A DNA stretch of 64,000 bases, the filler included, from Stramenopiles sp. TOSAG23-3 (lineage: Eukaryota), in NCBI GenBank assembly GCA_900128585.1. It is 11 parts of 11 records of this genome, joined end to end, with 100 filler letters (N's around TTAATTAATTAA, not from the genome) between each part and the next. Parts side by side here need not be neighbours in the genome. Positions count along the whole stretch, not along the records: positions 52,804 to 60,223 come from LT643160.1; positions 60,324 to 61,493 come from LT646331.1; positions 61,594 to 62,763 come from LT646332.1; positions 62,864 to 64,000 come from LT646417.1; 7 more parts are not named here. One strand, given 5' to 3'. Position 1 is the first letter of the stretch. The number at the start of each line of letters is the position of its first letter. Below are positions 55,425 through 64,000 of the stretch, piece after piece. The notes under the pieces were generated by a model. It ran no database searches and was not told the origin of the DNA. It worked only from the letters and a program-made list of their open reading frames with translations. Both the position numbers and the translations under genes were made by a program.

Positions 55425-56549
55425 ACCAAATAGCTCTAAACTAAAGGAAACTACACCGTACACAGAGACAGACACACACACCAAAAACCTCTATACCCGC
55501 AACGGGAGAAGGATAGGGTGGGGGAGAAGAAGAAAAACGTGAGAAATCGCAAACACGAATAATACACAAAACGCAATTATTTTACCATATACATACAGAC
55601 TTTAAATCCCTAACCTTATTCTTACCATGTACATTCAATCAAACATCCTTTGCTTGAAGTTTCGTTTTCAGTTTAGTAGTTAGTTTTTTTGTTGGGGGTA
55701 AAATACCAATGGTAAAATAATTAATATTATTATACCGTAACGTTACGCACGTAGTATTATTATTATTATTATTTATTTTATAGTACTATTTTATTACGAT
55801 GGAAATAATAAAAAATGTATAATAGAGAGAGTCTATTTTATCTATAGTACTACTGTATATAATAATTGTTTTTTTTTCCTTCTACTTCTTCTTCCTACTG
55901 TACCAGGTATAATACCAGGTACCGTGAACCGTACCTTCCTCTTTTTTCTTTTCTTTTTTTTGCGCACTTTTTTTATTTTTTTATTTTATTACTATTATTT
56001 TTGCCTCTCCCTCTTTCCTCCTCCTCCTTACTTTTTTGCTAACGTTCTTCAGCTTTACTTAATTAAAATATGATGTGGTTGGAGAATGATATGTATATAA
56101 TAGTATAATATAACTATAAACATTGTACGTATATATATATAATAAAATATATTAAATAGGAATTCTAATTACAATAATATAGACTACTATGTTAATTTTG
56201 TATTTTATTAAAATAATAATTTACATAATGTGATATGTAAAGGGGTTTATTTCAAATATAAATAATTATTGAACATTCTTCAAGCAATTGTACCACACTG
56301 GTATTGTTGGATTATTTATTATTATTATTATTATTAGACGACTATTTTATCAAATAATATGAATTTATAATACTTCCCTATTAGCCTTATATAAATAATA
56401 CTAGATAGTCTAGTATAATAATAGTGCTTTTTGTTTCTGTTGTTGTTGTTGTATATTTAAACTGTGGCTACTGTAGTCAATGTATTACATATACGTACGA
56501 CTAGTTAGTAAGTGAAATACGAGGACGATAATAGGAAGAAGGAATGAAG

Positions 56550-56652
56550 AAAGGAAGGAAGAAAGGAAGAAAAGTAGAAAGGAAGAAAGGAAGAAAGGAA
56601 GAAAGGAAGAAAGGAAGAAAGGAAGAAAGGAAGAAAGGAAGAAAGGAAGAAA
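56550..56652. repeat. (GGAAGAAA)n tandem repeat
   Basis: Direct octamer repeat. Confidence 0.9.
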
Positions 56653-56915
56653 GGTGATGGTGTGGTGGTGCTAAAAATATATTTTATAATAATAATACAG
56701 TACAATAATAATGAGTAAATGAATGAATGAACGGACGAGAAACAAGAAGTTTATCGGTTTACATACTGTACTTTTGAACAAAATATATCGTTTCACGTTT
56801 GTACCAATTTACTTTCTATTCGGTTTATACTCTTTACTTGTCTTTCGAGTTCGTTCCCTCTTTCCTTCTCTTCCTTTCTTTTACAATATACACAGCGGCG
56901 CGTACACTCTTCGCC

Positions 56916-58217
56916 ATGTCTAGTTTCACGGCCAAGCCTGTCGGTGCGGCGGAGGATTGGGATAGCAACCTGAAGCGTTTGCGGAAACTGTTGAAGCTTT
57001 CGGAGAACCGGTTTTGTGCGGATTGTGGTGTGAAGGGTCCCCGCTGGGCGTCTGTGAACCTTGGAATTTTTATATGCATAAAGTGTTCCGGGATCCATCG
57101 GAACCTTGGCGTGCACCTCTCCCAAGTCCGGAGCGTCAGTCTGGACAAATGGCCCATAGCCAACGTGAAGAACATGGAGAAGTGGGGGAACAAGGAGGCG
57201 CGGCAAAAGTACGAAGCGAGAGTCCCCAAGGATGTGTACATCCCGGACGAGAACGACTCCGCCCAGACACTGGAGAAGTGGATCCGGGACAAATACGAGG
57301 CGAGAAAGTACGTCTCCTCGTCTGGAGACAAGAGCAAGAAGAAGAAGAAGAAGAAGGAGAAGAAGGCCAAGCGGGAGAAGCAGCAGCAGGCGTTAGACAA
57401 CGACTCCGACGACTCGGACGCCGAGGCCCAACGCAAGAAGGACAAGAAGGAGAAGAAAAAGAAAAGCAAAAAGGACAAGAAGAAGGAATCTTCTTCGAAG
57501 GGTAACGACTTGCTAAACTTTGGCGCCGCAGCCGTCGCCGGCGCGGTGGAGAGCAACAGCAGCGGTTTGAGCCAGTCCTTCGCGGGCATGGGCTTCCCAG
57601 GCGCCGGGGGCGACGCCAAGTCCGGAGCCGCCACGAACACTGCCGGGCAGCCTGGAAACGGGGCCGCCGACGGCGGCGCGGACTTTGGGGATTTTCAAAA
57701 CGCAGCGCCCGTCGAGACGCACACCGACAAGAAGGCTAATATCCTTGCCATGTACCAGACCGCCCAGGCCCAGCAACCCGCCCAGATGATGAACGGGTAC
57801 GGGATGCAGCCCAACGCGTACGGAATGGCCCAGGCCCAGGGCTACGGGATGCAGCCGCAAATGATGCATCCGCAGCAGGCCGCATTTGCCCAGCAGCAAA
57901 TGATGATGCACCAGCAGCAACAACAGCAGGCGCAGGCGAACTACGCGATGCAACATGCCCAGCAGCACAACCCCAACGCGATGATGAACCAAGGATTCTC
58001 GCAAATGCAACACGCACCCCAAGTCAACCAGTCGTACGGAATGCAACAAAGTTTCATGCAAACCGCCGCGAACAACATCTCAAATGGGTACGGCCAACCC
58101 CAACAACAACAAGGGCAACCAGGGATGAACATGAACAACAACATGCAACAACGAGGGGTACAACAGCAACAAGTACAGTGGAACATGATGCAACAACAGC
58201 AACAACAAAGGCGTTGA
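56916..58217 (+). CDS. ArfGAP (SMAP/AGD5-like) with Gln/Met-rich tail
   Basis: [32 protein letters not shown] and IRDKY motifs. Confidence 0.95.
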   Translation: MSSFTAKPVGAAEDWDSNLKRLRKLLKLSENRFCADCGVKGPRWASVNLGIFICIKCSGIHRNLGVHLSQVRSVSLDKWPIANVKNMEKWGNKEARQKYEARVPKDVYIPDENDSAQTLEKWIRDKYEARKYVSSSGDKSKKKKKKKEKKAKREKQQQALDNDSDDSDAEAQRKKDKKEKKKKSKKDKKKESSSKGNDLLNFGAAAVAGAVESNSSGLSQSFAGMGFPGAGGDAKSGAATNTAGQPGNGAADGGADFGDFQNAAPVETHTDKKANILAMYQTAQAQQPAQMMNGYGMQPNAYGMAQAQGYGMQPQMMHPQQAAFAQQQMMMHQQQQQQAQANYAMQHAQQHNPNAMMNQGFSQMQHAPQVNQSYGMQQSFMQTAANNISNGYGQPQQQQGQPGMNMNNNMQQRGVQQQQVQWNMMQQQQQQRR

Positions 58218-58888
58218 TTCGTGACGAAGAATAATCAGAAAAGGACAGGTGATTAAGTTGAAATCCAAGTTCCAAATTACACGGTGGGCGGGCGTTTGGT
58301 TTGTTGGTCTCTCTTCTTCTTTTTTTTTATATTATTATCAATTATTATAATTAATAGAGACGACTTTACTTCCTACTACTACGGTATGTTATAATTCTTT
58401 ATACTTTTTTATTATGTATTTTTTTGTTTTTCCATTATCCTTAAATAGTGTTGTTTTTAATAAAGTCATTCTACGCTATACTATATTATTATATTAGACT
58501 ATAGTAATTTTTTAATGTATTTTAAAATACTATCATAATAACAAGTTATTAACTAGTCGTCTATTTATTATTACAAAAATACTACAATTTTAGTAGTAAT
58601 ATACAGTAGTAGACTAGTAGCAATATGCAAAAAAAGAAGAAGAATAAAAGTTAGTTAGTAAGGAGGAGGATGGGAGTGGAAGGAAAGAAGAGAGAAAGAA
58701 CCAAAAAGATAAAGATTGAATTAGATGATTGTTCAATGAGTTCAACTGGTGTACGCATTAAAAGACGAAAACATATATTTTTCGGCGGACAGCTGACTAG
58801 TTGGTTTGGAATAGTTAGTTCGTTGGTGGCGGGGTTCAAAACATCTCGCCGTTTGTATTGTAGAAAACGAAGAGTGGGGTTCGGCACG

Positions 58889-59461
58889 ATGTTTTCTCTC
58901 ATCAGTGGGTTTGCCGAGCAGTTCTTTAGTAAACGCGAGGCCCAAATCCTTATCTTAGGCCTGGACAACGCTGGCAAGACGACCACTTTGGAACAGCTCA
59001 AGGCCATTTATAAGAAGACTAACCCGTTGCCCTTTGACAAAATTCCGCCCACGATCGGGCTGAACCTGGGCAAAATGGATATTGGGAACTGCAAGGCCAT
59101 TTTTTGGGACATTGGCGGCCAGGCAAGCTTTCGGGTAATATGGGACAAATACTATAGCGAAGCGCACGGGCTTCTGTTTGTCGTAGATAGCAGCGACGAG
59201 CAACGGCTGGACGAGGCGAAGGCGACTGTCGAAGGGCTCGTTCGGCACACGGATTTGAAAGGCATTCCAATCTTGGTCATGGCAAACAAACAGGATATAG
59301 ATTCGGCGTGCACGGAAGACGTTATCCGGGACATTTTTGATATCGACAATGTGGCACGGTCCCGTCCGTGCCACGTCCAGCTCTGCAGCGCGTACACTAG
59401 GGAAGGACTGGAAGATGGGATCTCGTGGCTCATCAACAAGATCAAGCTCGTTGACCGGTAA
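58889..59461 (+). CDS. ARFRP1: ADP-ribosylation factor-related protein 1
   Basis: MFSLISG N-terminus, GLDNAGKTT.LEQ, PTIGLN, WDIGGQ, WDKYY and NKQD motifs. Confidence 0.93.
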   Translation: MFSLISGFAEQFFSKREAQILILGLDNAGKTTTLEQLKAIYKKTNPLPFDKIPPTIGLNLGKMDIGNCKAIFWDIGGQASFRVIWDKYYSEAHGLLFVVDSSDEQRLDEAKATVEGLVRHTDLKGIPILVMANKQDIDSACTEDVIRDIFDIDNVARSRPCHVQLCSAYTREGLEDGISWLINKIKLVDR

Positions 59462-59767
59462 AATTTAACACCAAAGTTTACGCATTGCTCTTTCTTATTT
59501 CGGGCTTAAATGTATACTGTTTTCAGCATAATTCTTATGAGTTTAATATTATAAAAAATTAAAACTTACTAAGACGTATTTTGGGTTTTTTTGTTATCAT
59601 CATTTTATAAAAAAACAAGAAAATTGGCAGTTCAAGAATAATATCTCCTCCTATTGCAGAACCTCTCCAAGTTCTGGTCAAGATTCCAATTGATTGGTCT
59701 TAAACGTACACAGCGGCATAAATGTTTTAAAGGGGCTCGTTGTCTGTGGTACTGCTCAATGAAATCA

Positions 59768-60223
59768 TCATTTTAATGAGTTAATTACATTTTTGATTGT
59801 ACCCCTAGATTGTTTCTTTTCACTCTGTGAGAATGTGAGTATCCAGAGAAGATGGTAAAACACACGAACAAAAACTGTTGCATGCTCGCTAGGCAACAAC
59901 GTTGTGAATCCTGATCCCGTGGCTCGGTAATAGGCTTTTGCATCAAACTCATCCTGTAAGTTCACATCAATTCCTTCGTGTTGCAACAGTATCTTGACAG
60001 TCTCCGCCAGCAGCAACAAGATCACTTCCGTGTGACCCTTTAGACTCGCAATGTAGAGTGGCGTTGAACCATCTTCATGTGCCTGGGTGCCATCCACGCC
60101 TTCCTTTGCCAGCAGCAACGACACCACTTCCGTGTGACCCTTTAGACTCGCGATGTAGAGTGGCGTTGCACCATATTTCTGTGCCTGGTTAACATCTACG
60201 CCTTCCTTCGCCAGCAGCAACGA
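59768..60223 (-). CDS. Ankyrin-repeat protein, 5'-partial
   Basis: GATPLYIASLKGHTEVVSLLL repeated at a 99-bp period. Confidence 0.85.
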   Translation of the reverse strand, partial: SLLLAKEGVDVNQAQKYGATPLYIASLKGHTEVVSLLLAKEGVDGTQAHEDGSTPLYIASLKGHTEVILLLLAETVKILLQHEGIDVNLQDEFDAKAYYRATGSGFTTLLPSEHATVFVRVFYHLLWILTFSQSEKKQSRGTIKNVINSLK

Positions 60224-60323
60224 NNNNNNNNNNNNNNNNNNNNNNNNNNNNNNNNNNNNNNNNNNNNTTAATTAATTAANNNNNNNNNNNNNNNNNNNNN
60301 NNNNNNNNNNNNNNNNNNNNNNN

Positions 60324-61493
60324 AAGTACTCTCTTAACTAACGAGGTGGATTCTAGGATTAACAGCCTTCGAAGTTATTTGCGTATATTGAACGTCACAA
60401 AGGCTAATCAAGAGTCCGGTTGGAAAAAACTCCACGGAGAATTAGAATCTGGTATTCAGGCAAAAGGTGGAAGCGAGCGTCATTCCGGTGTTCAAATCGA
60501 GATGCTGAGACAGATTCGTAGGAATATCGCACGTGTGAATGTTCGGAAAAACAAAACCGAAAGCAAAACCCGTTTAATTTTTCTTGCAAAAGAGTACGCG
60601 AAAGCAAGAAGGGAAATCGATGTGCACCGAAAAAAATTGGATGAGGCAGTAAAGATGTTGTGGCAGAAGAAAGAGTTAATTATGAAAAAGCAATATTTGC
60701 GAGATTCTATTAACTTGACTTCGGCTAGAACGGGATTCCACTACAATTTAAGCACGTTCAACATGCCATTGCAGAATTTCAGTGCTAACGTTATGTCAAA
60801 AATTCAATCTGCTGTCTTTTCATCGCTTAATAATGCACCAGGAACATCGGGAAAAACTAATGTATCAGAATCGCCAAAAAAACTTGTCCAGAACGTGGTG
60901 GAAGATGATAGAAATGCTAGAGAGAAAGTAGATGTAGAAATCATGAAATACATAGAATCGGCCCTTCATGCATCTACCCTCAAGAAGAAGCTATCCAACG
61001 AAAATTATAATTCCCTTTCACCACAGTTTTTCCAGCCCAATGTAAAAAATGGAGAGCAAAATATTGGGCGCCCCATTTTAAGATCATATATGCATACCCC
61101 ACATAGTGCAACATTTGTTCCTAACAAAGAGACGACTGATATCAATGAAACACCAAGTAGAACATCTATCGTTAGGGTTGGTAAAACGTTTTCAGATAAA
61201 TTCGCGGAAGTAATGCAAAAAATGAACAACGATCGCTCGAGACGCCAAGCCTTAAACCCCCTTCGTCGCGCAAGTATCCTGGTGAGACAATCATGGATAA
61301 AGTTATATGATGCCCAGCAAGGTGCCTTTTCTGCAAGGAAGAAGTTCATGTTTGCACGACTGATGAACACGAAGAGAAGTGTCCAAACTGAGATTAATGC
61401 TTTACAAAGTCTAAAAAGTTTGGCTGGCCTAGCCCAATTGGATCCTGCCTCTGTAGTGCATTTGACAATAACCATATCGGGGGTGCCAGAGAC
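60324..61493 (+). CDS. Uncharacterised coiled-coil protein, internal fragment
   Basis: Open frame spans nearly the whole 1170-bp contig. Confidence 0.7.
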
Positions 61494-61593
61494 NNNNNNN
61501 NNNNNNNNNNNNNNNNNNNNNNNNNNNNNNNNNNNNNTTAATTAATTAANNNNNNNNNNNNNNNNNNNNNNNNNNNNNNNNNNNNNNNNNNNN

Positions 61594-62330
61594 AGTTAGA
61601 GGCAAAGTTAGAAAAACAGTTCCCTTTCTCTTTCGTTGACCCAGATGCCCTGATGACAGTGCGTGAGCCTTTCAGCGAAACCTTCCTCCACGATTTGTTA
61701 ATGCTTGCCCTGAAAGCACACCGGAAATACTACTTTAAGTTTCGTAGCAAGCTAAGCATTGCGGATCCCACGGGCTCCGGGAAAGTCGCCGTGCCTTTGA
61801 TTGCTGTGGCACTCTCGCGCGCCGACCACATGTTGAAGGACGACCGCATCAATGAAATGGTCGCGGCCATCCTTGGTACCACAGTTGAAAACCTCAAGGA
61901 GGAAATGTTCCACCCGCCTGGCCAAAGTCCAACCAAATTTATACCCGCCAAATCCATTGCGGACGCCGTCCTGCAGCTTCGGTTTTTTCCTACACGCTTT
62001 TGTGAGAGAGACTCCGCTGCTGGAAAGCCTAAGATCGTGTTGAAGTACCGAGAGCCGAACGTGGAGCAACCGTTGAGTGAGCAAAAGTCAATAAAGGTCA
62101 TGTTCCGAAAGGCGATCGTGTACAACGATGGGAAAATAAAGCACGTCTTGATGGTAGATCCAAAGACCCGGCGTGTCCATGGCCAAACCCTGAACAAAAT
62201 TCGTGGGTACACTGGCTGGCAAGACCGCACCCCCCGGCACAACCGTCACCGCACGGGTGAACCGCTGTGGGAAGAGCCGGAGGACGATTTACTGGGTTAC
62301 GATTTTGGGAGCATTGAAAATATGATATAA
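61594..62330 (+). CDS. Uncharacterised protein C-terminus (degenerate EF-hand-like)
   Basis: Frame is open from the contig start to TAA 62330. ADPTGSGKV resembles an EF loop. Confidence 0.65.
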
Positions 62331-62863
62331 CTGCAAGAATGCATCCATCATCTTGATGGTTTTGAATTATCAGACTATATACTATACTGAAATTATATAG
62401 GGATAATATAGTATTGCCTTATTATATTTATTACAATTAAGTACGAAAATACAAACAAAATTTGTTTGATTTTATTTAATCAAGTCGACGACGAACGAGG
62501 AGCTCCTCCGTCGATCCTAGAAGGAGATTCTTAGAGAAGATAAACTTTCCTTGTTTAGTACATTAACGTCGATTCTTAAGCTAAGTATTCGCATGAAAAC
62601 TCCAAGGAATGATATTGGGATACAAATAGTACTAAAAAATCGATGAAATCCATTTTGTAAAATTCCAACTTTCTAAAATATAATTTCTTTACACCGTACA
62701 TATACACAGCATTGTCACGGTTAATTAAATTAAATATTTTTTTTTTCTGTTTTTTTTTTTTTTNNNNNNNNNNNNNNNNNNNNNNNNNNNNNNNNNNNNN
62801 NNNNNNNTTAATTAATTAANNNNNNNNNNNNNNNNNNNNNNNNNNNNNNNNNNNNNNNNNNNN

Positions 62864-64000
62864 GAGGGCAGTGGCAGGCTCTGGCTCACGATCAAGTACG
62901 AAAGCAACGACGTCAACGATATCGACAGCCCCCTGGACATGGCAATAACACGGTCTAGCGGGAACCGTAGAGACCGAAACAACTACGCGTTTGGGAATTT
63001 GTTCGTAAACCTCCCCCAAGTCAACGTCAACGAGCACGTTTGGGGCGAATACGTCGTTTGTCAGATCAGTCTAGAAGACACTTCGGCCGTGTCGGCTAGG
63101 TTCCTGACGAGCAAGGACATGTCGGAAGACGGGAAAATCACCTTTTCCGGGTGGTACCCTCCCGGGTACCAACCCGAGGAAGCAGTGCCGGAGGAGGACG
63201 CTCACCAATCACCCTCCGGGGTCCTTTCCATGGCCGTGAACAACCCGCACGATATTGTCCTAATTGAAGTCTACCAGTACACGCTCGATGGGAAGCAGGC
63301 GATGATCGGCTCTGCTAAAATATCGCTGATGGAAATTTTGGAGGTGGAGGCCTGCGAATCGTTCAGCGCAGAGAGCCAACGGCGGAACCGGACGATGCCA
63401 GAGTGCTTTTTGCACCTTTTGTCCCCGAACCAGGCGAACCTCAACGTCGGCACGATCAGCGTCGGGGTGCTGTTTGTTCAAGACATATGGAGCATATTCT
63501 CGCCAACCGTAGTCGTGCCCCAAACGAAGCCATTCTCTCTGGGCGTCTTTCGTGAAAACGTTGCTCGCGCGAACCGAATCCTTGACAAGGGGGAACGACT
63601 GTTTGATCTTTACAAGGAGTTTATGTCATGGAAGGATCCATCCTTTACGGGAATGTGCACGTGCGTATACATTACCTTGTGCGTCTTTTGGTTCGACTAC
63701 TTCCTCATTATTTTCCCCGGCGCCATGGGCATTACACTGTTGCACGAGTACCACTTCCGTCTGGAGGGAAACTTTGCAAGTCTGTGGCACAAGGATGAAA
63801 TGGCCCACAAAGTTCGCCTTCACGTTGCTGTAGTGAAGGGGAGCGGTATGACACCCATGAACATGAGCTATTTAAGGCCGGACGACAAGTCTAGCGACCC
63901 GTACGCTATCGTTTCCCTGGGCAGCGCGTTCGCCGAGGAAGGGCTGGAAACCAGGCTTATTGGACGGACCAACACGGAGTATTTGACGTTGAACCCAAAG
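62864..64000 (+). CDS. Multiple C2 and transmembrane (MCTP-like) protein, internal fragment
   Basis: Stop-free frame absent from the ORF track: GRLWLTIKYE...FRENVAR...FMSWKDPSFTG + TM...SDPYAIV...RTNTEYLTLNPK. Confidence 0.8.

Noticed and set aside
60324-62330. One gene spanning the 61494 gap
   Set aside because: Two separate equal-length contigs with no evidence of linkage.
7461-62863. Regularly spaced TTAATTAATTAA motif and apparent gene neighbourhoods across it
   Set aside because: Artificial linker. Contig sizes fall 7452, 7443, 7441, 7441, 7434, 7432, 7420, then 1170, 1170, so the order is a sorting artefact. No cluster can be inferred across linkers, for example precursor plus oxygenase or aminopropyltransferases.

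Overview
Eukaryotic (protist) draft genome sequence, not prokaryotic. The window is a concatenation of unrelated contigs joined by 100-nt N linkers carrying TTAATTAATTAA: eight contigs of about 7.4 kb in descending size, two of 1170 bp and part of another. Adjacency across linkers therefore means nothing. Genes are compact and intron-poor (three GT-AG introns with CTAAC branch points could be modelled) and are separated by very AT-rich spacers. A stramenopile-like heterotroph is a tentative inference. Recognisable genes: PME-1, sulfatase, GPAT, ENT transporter, histidine acid phosphatase, CK2-beta, MnmE/GTPBP3, MATH-BTB (frameshifted), OFA-type MFS, RCC1/EF-hand, GH31, apyrase, WD40/EF-hand, 2OG-Fe(II) oxygenase, two spermidine-synthase-like genes, an LRR membrane protein, GNAT, OTU, ArfGAP, ARFRP1, ankyrin and an MCTP-like fragment. 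The best candidate for a new system is at 6130-6732: a secreted multi-core peptide precursor with a signal peptide, an RRL site and five cores separated by a conserved acidic DELDNEDVG spacer. A module-shuffled, inverted paralogous fragment faces it at 5502-5747. Also notable are a ~29-bp element repeated nine times across five contigs, mostly in convergent 3' gaps, tandem membrane-anchored aminopropyltransferases, and a protein with two bHLH-like domains. All family calls come from motif recognition by eye; no database searches were run.
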